This document shows positions 1 to 10,466 of a stretch of DNA of 64,000 bases, piece after piece. Below the pieces are notes generated by a model. The model made no database searches. It worked only from the letters and a program-made list of their open reading frames with translations, and was not told the origin of the DNA. The DNA comes from Macrostomum lignano (Eukaryota). Position 1 is the first letter of the stretch, and every line of letters begins with the position of its first letter. The position numbers and the translations under genes are program-made. The DNA lies in NCBI GenBank assembly GCA_002269645.1, contig NIVC01000864.1, forward strand, positions 248,001-312,000. The letters run 5' to 3'.

Positions 1-498
1 CCAAATTAGTATTCTTAAGCCTCACCCACCATTCATTCAATGTATTCATTCAATCCGCTCATAATTAATTTCTAAGCCAACCCAGTCAGTGTACTTAATT
101 GCTTTGATATCGCAAATCCAATTGCATGACTGACAAACGCTCTGAATGATAAAATTACAAATACACTAAGCATAAAATACTGAAAATAAGTTGATCAATT
201 TGTTCCAAACGCATTGAAACAATTGGCTTTTTGTTAAAATAATGCATTATCAAATATCAATAACTCTGTGCACTTCGGTTTTGCGTGGTCTGCAAATTTG
301 GCACATGAAGTTCGTGAAATCTGAAAGCAAACCAGTGTACAGTATGAGGCTGTCCGAAATCAGTGTTGCCATATTTCACATTTATGCTGAAATTGTCACA
401 GCCGCTTGAAAATACCTAAATTGTTTGAAAATTCGTCTTTGCACACGATAGTATGACATTATACGGTTAACACGATAACATACAAAGTCGGCTTGTGA

Positions 499-802
<304 letters not shown>

Positions 803-1018
803 TTCTGTCCATTTCTGACCAACTTGTAGGAAATTTATCAGAGATGGTATGATCAGTTTTTGGTATGTTTTGATCAATGTTAAGTACCTGTAAAGGGTGA
901 AAAATAGGTGTTTTCCCTATCTAATCAATATATTTTCTGCAAAGTTAGAAAGTTACTCGTAGTTACATTGTCTATGGCTGATGCATGCTGTTTATAACGA
1001 AAATCTGGGCGGATGCAA

Positions 1019-1150
1019 ATCCTATATACTAAAAATGAAAATCTTGCTTGCTTGCTTGCTTGCAATCGATAATCTCCAGAATGGCTTAACCGATTTTCAT
1101 GAGACTTGTTTCGCCTAAAATTCTTAAGATTAGGGAGAAAGTATGGTGTA
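1019..1150 (+). mobile_element. Possible 5' end of a non-autonomous Helitron/Helentron-like element
   Basis: atcctatatactaaaaatgaaa, then a (gctt)n microsatellite, then aatctccagaatggcttaaccgattttcatga. This layout resembles non-autonomous rolling-circle elements; no 3' hairpin was confirmed. Confidence 0.3.
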
Positions 1151-1398
1151 TTTATAACTGGAAAAGTGCTTTCTTTAAACAGGTATTTCTTTATCTAATC
1201 TATTCTTAATAGTGTGATGCTGCTTTTTAAAGAATTTTATATTGCATAGTATCCTATTCTAGAGTTCCTTTTTACGTACTACTACCCTTGACTTACTCGA
1301 CTTAGCTGCAGGGGGCGTCCGGCGGATGCAGCGAGAAGGCTGAGAAGACCGCCCATTCCGCTAGCCCCTGGCGACCAATGACTTCCGTTGAAGTGATG

Positions 1399-2600
1399 TC
1401 ACTTAGGGGGACCCGTCGGTCTCGCCTGCAGCGCGGTCCTCACCGGCGGTGGGGAAGAAATCAGCTCGTCCTGTGTCCCTGAGGTACCGGGCGAGCAGCG
1501 GAATGCTCTCGGGCCTGCAAACGTCGGAGAGAACCGGGTTTGGCCCGAGGTGAGTGAGCCTGGCCCTGGTGAAGACTGGGCAGTGGCAGATAAAATGCTC
1601 GGCGTTTTCACTGCCTGAGCGGCAGAAGGGGCACCGCTCCTCGGGTACTTGGCCCTGAAGGAAGCGGTGGCGAGAGAAGCAGCCATGCCCGGAGAGGGCC
1701 ATGCTAACTGCTCTGAGGTCTCTGCGGTTGAGCCTGAGGAGGGCTCTACGCAGGAGAGGAGAGGGGCAGGGGACGGCAGCGCGGGATTGCCTACAATTCC
1801 GGGTGTCGTGCCACCTGCGGAGATGCTCGGAGTCAGTCCAGCGCTTAACGCGGGAGTTGATCACCGAGGCGGGGATGGGGGCTCCCAGGCCCGGCCCCAG
1901 CAGCGCGCCGGCGGAGCCAGCCTTGGCCAGCATGTCGGCGCGCTCGTTGCCGAGGAAACCGGCGTGGCCCGGGATCCATCTGAGCTGCAAGCACGTTGAG
2001 CTGTGTGTTGCAGTTCAGGACGGACCTGGAGCTGGCGGTGCTGCGGCAGAGGTCCCGAAGGGCTGCTTGGCTGTCAGAGTGAAAAATAAATTTCTGACCG
2101 CTAAGCTGCCTTCGGCGCAGCTCTGCCGCGCAGGAGCTGATGGCAAGCACCTCGCTCTGAAAAACACTGGAGTTGAGCCCAGTGTGCTGGGAGTAGCTCC
2201 ACACCACTTCTCCCTTGAAGAAGGCGAACGCTCCGAAGCCTGAGAGACCATGCCTCATAGAGCCGTCACTGTAACAGTGGACTTCAGAATCGCTCCAGCT
2301 GTCACTCGCCTCGTGTCGAGGCTGAATAGTGACCTTATGCCTTTGGCTCAGGAGAAGGGTGGCTGGGATCGAGTCCGTGAGGATGTTGAGCCCGCCACAC
2401 TCATCGAGAGCCTTGAGGCAGAGGTCAGAGTGCGGGATAAGCGATCGCTTCTTAAAGGCCCGCACTTTTTTGAAGGCCACCCCAGCATCCAGAAGACGCC
2501 GGGTGCTCTTCGCCGCCTCTCCTTTGATATAAATATCCAGAGGAGGGGCACAGAGGAAGGCATTCATGCCTTCAAAAGGAGTAGAGGGTGGAGCGCCCAT
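1399..2600 (-). mobile_element. 5'-truncated non-LTR retrotransposon (R1/Loa-like) with RT C-terminus, RNase H and C-terminal CCHC
   Basis: RNase H motifs YSDGS, VFQSEVLAI, HSDSQAAL, WIPGHAG..GNERAD and a CPFC..ENAEHFICHC knuckle. Frameshift between ORFs 1845-2600 and 1403-1990. Paralogous to 48620-49950. Confidence 0.9.
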
Positions 2601-2730
2601 AGTCCAACCAGTTTAAGTATTCCAGTTTCCAGTACTCAAGTAGCTCCCGTTCCTGGTGATGGAAGATTAACTTTTTCACGCTATCACCCACCAGCTCCAA
2701 GGTAATGAGCTTCAATCATGCCCATCTACT

Positions 2731-3400
2731 ATGCGTCAATTTTTTGCCGAACGTTTGGCATTGTTACTTCAAGACTACCCTGAATTTGTTGCATCATACG
2801 AGACGACAGTGGAACAAATTGTGGCTGAAACTCGTTCTGATGGTGTGTATGTGCATGATTTAGTTTCAACGTTCATACATCGTGTTCTTAACGTCAATTA
2901 TAAGATCTATCAGCGAGATGATGTCAACCGCAAAACGCTTCGCTTGATTCAGACAGGACACACCGCTACTCGGTCATCTGTCACTACTCTTCGTCTCCTT
3001 TACGATCGGCACAGTAAGCATTACGAATCCCTACGTATTTTAGACCAGCAACCAGTCGAGATTTCTGGCATTCTGATGCATCAAGTCAGCGTTCTGGTAT
3101 TGAAGAGGTTAGGCGCGAGAAATATCAGCCCATGACTGCGGGCTGATGCAGACGTCATGCAGACAATGTGGTGCACTGCTTTGGCGCATGGAGACGCGAA
3201 ACTTCTGCTGTGCCAAAGGCAAGTTAAATTGCCTACTCGGACAGTGTCCCCGTTCCTAGCTGATCTTTAAACGGGGCGACATGTGATGAGCTATGAGTTT
3301 CTTGCTAACATCAGGAGTTACAACTCTGTGCTACACCTTACATCACTGGGTGCAAAGTTGAGACTGGTGCCGGGATGGAATCCCATCATAACGTGAAGGT
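2731..3400 (+). pseudogene. Degenerate Helitron fragment: OTU-like protease C-half, Cys knuckle and Rep N-terminus
   Basis: ORF 2731-3135 ends in an OTU-like LRLLY...HYESL. It is followed by CRQCGALLW..E...CCAKGK and FLANIRSYNS/FTSLGAK across frameshifts, which are Helitron Rep/Hel N-terminal signatures. Confidence 0.75.
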
Positions 3401-3906
3401 AGAATTGTTGCAGCTGCTGCAGACACTGCTTCACGAATGCAATGGATACATACATTTTATGGATACATAAAACCTTTTTCTATGAAAAAAGATGAGGTCC
3501 GTGAGATTTAATATCTTAAATCTGTGTGTCTTAATTGCAATGGTAAGTAACTTACAGACAAGTTCAATCTTAACAAACCAGCTGGAATAAATGAGTTTTT
3601 TAACTGTTGGTTAAAGTCCTTCGAAGAGGGTTGTAAGATGCTAGTTTTCCTACTAACTTTCATCTATCGTTTTTCAACTCTATTATGGCTTTCTAGCCAT
3701 AGAACTATTGCCGATAAAGCGTATTTTAAAAGCGTATTTTCTGCCTTCTATGGCTCAAGGACGAGTACAGGCCCGAGAGCAAATTTAGCGGCTTCACTTT
3801 GAGCAACTTTGCATACAAAGCCCCAGCTACGAGCTACAAAATAGCTAGTTGATTTATCAATTAGAAAATCAGTTAACCATCAAAATTTTGTCAGTCAAGA
3901 AAAACA

Positions 3907-5035
3907 ATGCGGTTAAAAAAAAGCAACTCAAACTTCTTGAAAGTTCTTCTAGCTGCTATCTGCATCCCGCTGAGTGCATCCAGCAAACTGCAGCTCACTG
4001 ATGCCGGCTACTATCGGAACATGCTGATTGTGGTGGAAGTGCCAGCAAATGGTTCGATTCCTGAGCTGCACTATTCTCAACTACTTCAAACTTTGCGGGT
4101 AAGCCATAAGGCATATTTTTACCGTAAATACATAATACCAGGGGCGTCACCATGGAAAGGGGACCAGAGGGACCCACCACCCTACTTTGTGACCCGTTAT
4201 GGAAATCAATAGTTTTACTCCAGGGGCCCCAAAATATAGCGTCTGCCGTCCCAGAATGTGTGCCTGCATGCTTGTGGTGCCAAAACGAGGAATTTAGTCC
4301 TGTGGAATTCTACCTGTAGAATTTCCCCCACCATAAAATCCATGGCGACGCTCCGGAATAACACTAAACTACTTGCTTTACCTCGCCCCAGACTGTCTTC
4401 CAAAGTGTCTCGGACATGATTGCGGAACTCACTGAGCCAGTCGGACGCCGTTTGAGCTTCAGCGACGTCAGCGTGCTGGTGCCGAATCAGCTGGGTCGCC
4501 AACTCGCCAAGATCAGCTCAGAAATGGTTCAACTGCACCAGGCCACCTGGGAACGACGAGACCATGCCGATTTTCACGTCTCACCGGACTTTTACCCGGC
4601 CGACGATGGGCCAGTTTGGGAGAAGCCTGCCTGCGGAAAGCCAGCCAAGAAGATTATGCTGGCGGCTGAAAGTCTGTTCAACCACACAAGTACTAATGCA
4701 TAAGCAGTATTTGTATGCGAACCACTCACTGTTACGCCCTCTCTATTAAATGCAACCCAATTCCACCACTCAAATATCAAAACTGATGTGTTACCCGAAC
4801 CGTTCCTCCCATGCAGTTGCCCGAGCTCTGACACTGCACTTCTCGCAATACCGCTGGGGGCTGTACATCGAAGCCCCTCTAGCCGGCCCGACGTATAAAG
4901 TACTGACACCAGAGGGTGAAGCGCGTCATCGAGTCTCCTCCTGCAGCCCGGACATTCGGACAAACCTGTTAATAGCCAGCGGACCGGGCAGCGGACTCCC
5001 CTGCGACTTCAGCGACACCGCTGTATTCCGAACCT
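3907..5035 (+). pseudogene. CLCA-like copy A: exons 1-3 (signal peptide and N-terminal hydrolase-like domain), truncated by a deletion
   Basis: Phase-compatible exons 3907-4098, 4392-4689 and 4817-~5035 with GT/AG sites. Motifs LTDAGYYRNM, RLSFSDVSVLVP, HADFHV, CGKP and YRWGLYIE match the CLCA N-terminus. Exon 3 runs directly into the 3'-flank repeat. Confidence 0.8.
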
Positions 5036-5640
5036 GTTTAACCTCTGAATACCCAGTGATTTATGATTATTCGTACTGCAATCAAACCAAATTAGTATTC
5101 TCAAGCCTGACCCACCATTCATTCAATGCATTCAATCCGCTGATAATTAATCTTAATTTCTAAGCCAGCCCAGTCAGTGTACTTAATTGCTTTGATATCG
5201 CAAATCCAATTGCTGTCAAATTGTTTTATTCTCCGATCATAAAGCTCGAATTATTAGCGTGGACGCCATCATTATCTGTTTTTGTACTGGTTTCAGTGTT
5301 GGAGCCAAACTGCCCCCCCAATCCCCCCCAATTCTCGTCAACTCCGATTAGCTGTAAATTTTCGAGCTGCGGTATTGGCATGACTAATGACTAAATATTT
5401 CGTTATGAATTTGTGCATGATGGGCAAGCGCTCAGATTGATACGAGCGTAAAATTACAAATACACTGTGCAGATATACTGGAAATCAGCTGATCAATTTG
5501 TTCCAAAAGCACTACAACAGTTGGCCTTTTGTTAAAATAATGCCTTCTGTGACCTGAAAGTAAAGTACTTTCAGAGGAAAATTGGTGAGTTACACAGTAT
5601 TGACTTCCTTGATTTAATGATCTTTACATTATGAATAGCA
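5035..5640. repeat. Dispersed CLCA 3'-flank repeat; other copies at ~1-300, ~22930-23050, ~25690-25890, ~44420-44620 and ~61320-61900
   Basis: Shared blocks such as ttagtattctcaagcctgacccaccattcattcaatgc and ggaacaaattgatcagctgatttccag occur in both orientations. Confidence 0.85.
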
Positions 5641-5696
5641 AATATAGCAATGAGATTCTCCCCCAAATACACAACTATAGCAATGAGATTCTCCCA

Positions 5697-5981
5697 TCGG
5701 TTAGTTCGCACCATCGCTTTTTGTCCTTAGTGACTAGCTTAGAAGACACACTCGAGGCTAGAATATAGACAAGACCGTTAGACAAACTGCTGGACACGTT
5801 AGCAGCGGAAATGGCAATCACTGCTATCCACATTTCAGGTACATTGAGAGCCATATACTGGCTGTAGATGTTCACCGAAGATTGGTTGGTGACAGCCATT
5901 TCCGGACAGGAGTAATACATGTAGCCGTTTAAATCGGTGCAGTTGCCTCCTGTTTCCATGTAGTGAAGACTGTAGACAGGC
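5697..5981 (-). pseudogene. CLCA-like copy B, last coding exon (part downstream of the Polinton), 3'-truncated at a satellite
   Basis: VYSLHYMETGGNCTDLNGYMYYSCPEMAVTNQSSVNIYSQYMALN is homologous to the last exons at 26035-26520, 43663-44189 and 62096-62670. Confidence 0.9.
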
Positions 5982-6020
5982 AGTAGTAGGCATTGGGGGG
6001 CTTTTGGGACAAAATTTTTC

Positions 6021-6390
6021 ACCTCCTCCATAATCTCATTAAATCCATCCATAATATCCCCAACAGAATCAGAAAAAAAGGGGGTCCTACTTGCTCCGAA
6101 AACGTCATCCATAATCCACCTAAATCCATCCATATTATCCCTGAAGAAAAAAAGGGGGGTCGCACTCGCTCACAAAACGTCCTCCATAATCCACCTAAAT
6201 CCATCCATATTATCCCTGAAGAAAAAAATTGGGTCGCACTTACTCCGAAAACGTCATCCATAATCCTTCTAAATCCATCCATATTATCCCCGACAGAATC
6301 AGTGCATAACAGGTGTCCTACTCGCTTAAAAAACGTCCTCCGTAGTCCACCCAAACCCATACATAATCCACTAACATCCACCCGGAAACA
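6021..6390 (+). repeat. About 5 tandem 74-82-bp repeats inside the left TIR
   Basis: Recurring aaaacgtc(a/c)tccataatcc..ctaaatccatccatattatccc unit. Confidence 0.9.
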
Positions 6391-6522
6391 ATCAGAAAAT
6401 AATCTGCATTCTTCTCCCCACGGGGCCCACATTCAATTTGCAATTCGCAACGCATCCCAAAGACTTTAAATTATCAGCGCAGGGTCCTTACCCATTGAAA
6501 AAAATCTAAATTCTCAATAAAA

Positions 6523-6765
6523 ATGTTTCCAGTTGTCTCTCCGGGTTCTTATTATACTCAGCCCCATCCATTGTACAAATCCAAGTACCGATGCAAACTT
6601 GAATGCAGCGAGTACATGAGAAAATATTGGCCTGGTGTTGATTTCAATGTCCCGAATACTAATCTAGCACTTAAATCTCACTGGTTTTATAAGTACATGT
6701 ATGGAGTAGTCATTAACGATTACGACAGCTACTATAACTTTGCTGAAATCATTAGACAGTTGTAG
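6523..6765 (+). CDS. 80-aa TIR-embedded Polinton ORF, function unknown
   Basis: Preceded by caataaaaATG like the other Polinton genes. Intact and Tyr/Trp-rich. Its last 14 codons and stop are duplicated in the right TIR. Confidence 0.5.
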   Translation: MFPVVSPGSYYTQPHPLYKSKYRCKLECSEYMRKYWPGVDFNVPNTNLALKSHWFYKYMYGVVINDYDSYYNFAEIIRQL

Positions 6766-6807
6766 TTTTTTTTTAGTTTAGTTTAGTTTTTTTTCTCAAT
6801 GATCAAC

Positions 6808-7240
6808 GTCAAAATCATGTGCAACATAAAGTGACTCTTATTGGTTACATTAATTTGACGAACGTTCGTAAAAATCATGTGCAGCATAAAACGGCTCGTA
6901 CTGGTTACATTTGTAAGCGATAGTAGCTTACTGATAGTAAAGCTATTTGAACATGGCGCGAATTCCTCACATGGTGGACTAGAAAATGTCGCCATGTGCA
7001 AGGGCGCATAAATAGCAGTTCCACTCAGCTGGCTAGAAGTGGAGCCGACCTCGCGTGGCTATGACTGACTGACGAGGGCAAAAAAGCCCAAAATCGGTCT
7101 CAGTCTGCCCCGCATGGTTCGATTCCCACTGATAACATTAATTTGACGAACTTTCGTAAAAATCATGTGCAGCATAAAGCGGCTCTCAGTGGTTACATGA
7201 TTTTTACGAACGTTCGTGAAAATCATGTGCAGCATAGAGA
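6808..7240 (+). repeat. Subterminal imperfect repeats (aaaatcatgtgcagcataaa / ggttacattaatttgacgaacgttcgt)
   Basis: The motif recurs at ~6811, ~6872, ~7158 and ~7219. Confidence 0.8.
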
Positions 7241-7418
7241 AAAAAGCTTGCCCAGCTCAAAGATTCCTTAACTAGCTCAAAGTATCCCTCGCCTAGCTTC
7301 ACAAACGCCCATTTAGTTCCTTGTTTAAACCCCCAGCCTTCTCAACCCCCAGCTCTTTCAGCAGTCAGCCTAGTTCTTTACTTGGCGCGTGCAATACAAA
7401 GCCCACCCCGCCCTCGGC

Positions 7419-8445
7419 AACAACAAACAACAACAAAATACGCGGCCCCGCATGCAAAGTCAGTTAGAGCAGGGCGCGTCAGATGGCGCGCCGCAGAGCC
7501 TGGGAGCGAACGAAATCCGCTCCGTTGGCAGTGTCGGGCGCCCCCAGCGTCGCACAGCAGGCAGTCCACGTATCGACGGGTTCGGGCCTGACCCCGCCTG
7601 AACGGGCCCTGCAAGGAGAGCAGCAGGACGTCCTGAACAGGTTGGGGGCAGTAGCCCTCGGCCCGGATCACGTGGCCCGCCAGTTGGAGTCGCCGTCGGC
7701 GCAGGATGGTGGACGGGCGCTGCAGCTTGGCTCGATCGTACAGGGCCTCGGTCCCGACGCTATCGTCAGCTCGAAAGGCCGCACGGAGCAGCCCTGAGTG
7801 CGCCGAGTCCAGCTGCCACTCCAGCGTAGCCGTCAGCGTCCACATCTCGGCGTTGTAGAGCAGGACGGTTTCGACCACCGCCTGCCACAGCCGAGCCCTC
7901 TGGCGGTCGGGCAGCGCTTCGGACTGGAGGACGGCTCGGATCGAACGAAACGCCGCACAGGCAAGTCCTCTGCGCCGCCGGAGGTCTTCTTCCACGTGGG
8001 GCACCAGACCGCCGAGGTAGGTGAACCGCTGGCAGCGTGCGAGCCTGGTCGTCTGCCCGTCTGCGCCGCGGCATGTCAGGTCTGCTGGGATGTCGGCCGG
8101 CACAGTCAGCACCTCGGTCTTTAGCGTGTTGACAACCAGACCGACGCTCGATGCTACCTCCACCAACCTGTCGATCTGGCGCTGGGCGCCTCCAACAGAC
8201 GAGGACAGGAGGGCGAGGTCGTCGGCGTAGCCAAGCACGCTTAGGCGCTTTTCGCCGTGGCGGCGACCGATGCGTCTGCGCAGCAGGAAGCCGTCATTAG
8301 CCGAGGGGAGTGCGGTCCGAAGCACCCAGTCCAGGAGCAGCACGAAGAGGAACGGCGCCAAAGTGTCTCCCTGCAGAACTCCTGATGAAGTGTCGGACAG
8401 GTCAGACAGGCCGTCCGCCGTCACCACAGCAGCTCGAGTATCGCA
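7419..8445 (-). mobile_element. 5'-truncated RTE-like LINE nested in the Polinton
   Basis: RT motifs GVLQGDTLAPFLF, LGYADDLAL and FTYLG. (GTT)n-type 3' tail at 7419-7435. 9-bp TSD GCCCTCGGC at 7410-7418 and 8446-8454. Confidence 0.88.
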
Positions 8446-8454
8446 GCCCTCGGC

Positions 8455-8804
8455 GCAAACCCCCAACCCCAACTTTGTCTTACCAAAAACAACGCCTTGA
8501 TTTCCTAGCAATCGACTCACGAAATCCACTGGAAGTCCCTATATTGTCTAGTCTCCTAAGCATTTCTTTGTCCCACCGATTCTTCTCCTCAGGAAAATCT
8601 CTATATTTAACGTCATGCCACATGCAGACAGAGTCTAGCTTGTTCACAGGCTCATGTCCGGGATTTGGGTTGTTGTTTTTATCCAATTGTATTTCAAGTG
8701 GATTCAAAGGCCCACAATATTTGTACCCGGGAACTGTCCAGCCTTTGTTTGGATGAGGAAGCTTTTCTATCAGTCCATGTGAATCTATTTTACCACCAGA
8801 GCAT
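8455..8804 (-). pseudogene. Polinton parvovirus-VP1u-type phospholipase A2 (PLA2X-like), frameshifted and LINE-interrupted
   Basis: SGGKIDSHGLIEKLPHPNKGWTVPGYKYCGPLNPL...PVNKLDSVCMWHDVKY contains the Ca-loop YxGP and catalytic HDxxY. The ATG at 8804 is out of frame by one base. The C-terminus ..KTKLGLGV is in another frame and probably continues past the LINE to ~7340. Confidence 0.85.
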
Positions 8805-8848
8805 TATTTTAAATTAAAATTATATTTAAAATTTTCTTTTTTTTTAAA

Positions 8849-9886
8849 ATGACAGATCAGAAACTAAAAAAACGCAACTACAGCGACAAAGGATTCTTTG
8901 TAGGAAAAAATGCAGACACCAAACTCGCAGAACTAAGTAAGGAACCAAAAGCTAAAGTAGAGAAGTGGCTCTCTAAGCAAGCAGTCTACCAAGTCTATTT
9001 CCCACCTGTTCAATTTACAAGACCTCACTTTAACATCTATAAACCCAATGAGGCACACCAAGCAGACTTATTGTTTCTCCCCAATGACTCGGGTTACAAG
9101 TATGCTCTCACAGTTATAGACATTGCCTCCCGCTATAAGGAAGCGAGACCACTGAAAACAAAGAAGTCAGAAGCAGTTGCAGCCGCACTCCAAGATATTT
9201 ATAAAAACTCACCCCTTAGTTACCCCCAAATCTTTATGACCGGCCCGGGTAAAGAATTCATGGGTGCAGTGAAATCACTTCTACATAAGTATGACGCAAC
9301 AGTTCGCTACGGAAGAACTGAGCTACACAGAGACCAGGCTTTTGTGGAAAGATTCAATTTAACTCTAGCCAAGAGGCTATTCACAAAGCAGACAGCTGAA
9401 GAGCTGAAACTAAAAAGTGGCCAGTACTATACAAAATAGACAGAAAGACTCCTCACTGTTATAGAGCAACTTAACAATGAAGTCACACGCATGACTGGAT
9501 TGAAACCGTCCCATGCAATTAAACAAGACACTGTCGAACTTAAGGCATCTCACAGAACAGACAACAACACGACAACCCCACACAACACGCACAACACAAA
9601 ACACACCTCAAACTACCCTAAGCTTCCAGGAGTTGAATCACCATACATACTGACAAGCTCTGAGTTTCTACGCTTTTTATATCTACCTGGAGAGCTAGAG
9701 AAGGACACTAAAAGAAGAGCTACAGATCCATACTTCAGCCTCGATGTACATAAAATAGACAGACATTTTACCTCCAACTCTGGAGACTACTACTTTTTAT
9801 CTCAGGCGTTTAACCCTAAATCCCCCACACGGTCATTCAATAGAGCTGAACTCCTAGTGATACCAGCCGACACAGAAATTAATTAA
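8849..9886 (+). pseudogene. Polinton retroviral-type integrase with an in-frame stop
   Basis: HQADLLFL, YALTVIDIASRY, FMT(G)PGKEF (second catalytic D reads G) and VERFNLTL. A TAG at 9437-9439 falls where KW is expected, and the frame continues TERL...LNNEVTRMTGLKP. No chromodomain. Confidence 0.92.
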
Positions 9887-9902
9887 AATATTAAAATAAA
9901 AA

Positions 9903-10343
9903 ATGACAAAGATTGGAACCAGAACCATCAATAAACTCAATAAAATCATTGAATCAAAGAAACCAGGTCTTATATCAATTAAAGGAGTCAAAGTTAAGGT
10001 TGATCCCACGAAGCAAATAGTTCAATGTAATGAGCAAAGACACAGCATCACAGATGAAAAGTCAGGAGGAATCCTACCATTAGCAGCTCTTATCCCAATC
10101 ATTGCAGGCGCTGTAAGTGCCGCAGGTGGTGTAGCTGGAGCTGTAGCAACTGCCGTTAAAGCTGGTAATGATAGAGCCCACCAGCTAGAATTGCAAAAGA
10201 TCGCAAGAGACAAAGGTATAACAATTAAGGCAGGAGATGGCTACCCCGATTTTGATGATCGTGATGATTCTGTAAGCAAGTCTGACATTGTCAAAGCCAT
10301 CATGACACTGCACAATGCTGGGTTTACAATAATGCGCATGTGA
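9903..10343 (+). CDS. Polinton small protein with an adenovirus pX/mu-like GGILPLAALIPIIAGAV hydrophobic segment
   Basis: Basic N-terminus, then SGG|ILPL..LIPIIAG..SAAGGVAGAVATAV, resembling the GG|FLPALIPIIAAAIG segment of adenoviral protein X precursors. Intact, with aaaaATG context. Confidence 0.65.
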   Translation: MTKIGTRTINKLNKIIESKKPGLISIKGVKVKVDPTKQIVQCNEQRHSITDEKSGGILPLAALIPIIAGAVSAAGGVAGAVATAVKAGNDRAHQLELQKIARDKGITIKAGDGYPDFDDRDDSVSKSDIVKAIMTLHNAGFTIMRM

Positions 10344-10466
10344 TGAGGTTTAAAACCCCACTTTATCCAGCTTCATAAACCTAACGTTACTGATGGGATG
10401 TAGAAACAGTTCAACTTTTCTATCAGGGTGGTCACCCTCAAAATGTTTTTTTATTTTAGAGACAAA

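Larger units (their letters stand above)
5982..6811 (+). repeat. Polinton left TIR (long form)
   Basis: 5982-6019 is the reverse complement of 20355-20392 (about 3 differences). 6722-6811 matches 20276-20354 (44 bp identical plus tctcaatgatcaacgtca). Confidence 0.9.

Noticed and set aside
1649-2705. Plus-strand ORFs overlapping GC-rich LINEs and Gypsy pol (also around 7382-8230, 49207-49884 and 53683-55391)
   Set aside because: Antisense or alternative-frame shadows of identified TE genes.
5675-6133. 152-aa ORF as a real gene
   Set aside because: A chimera of Polinton TIR repeats read into the interrupted CLCA exon.
6705-6710. AGTAGT at 6705 as the Polinton left terminus
   Set aside because: Its flank (GTATGG) does not match the right flank ACAGGC. 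The terminus at 5982 gives a perfect TSD and a 38-bp inverted match.
7016-7135. A tRNA gene
   Set aside because: A B-box and a weak A-box are present but there is no acceptor stem, anticodon arm or cloverleaf. Kept only as a speculative Pol III unit.
7378-8529. 383-aa ORF as one RT protein
   Set aside because: It spans both TSD-defined junctions; only 7419-8445 is LINE sequence.
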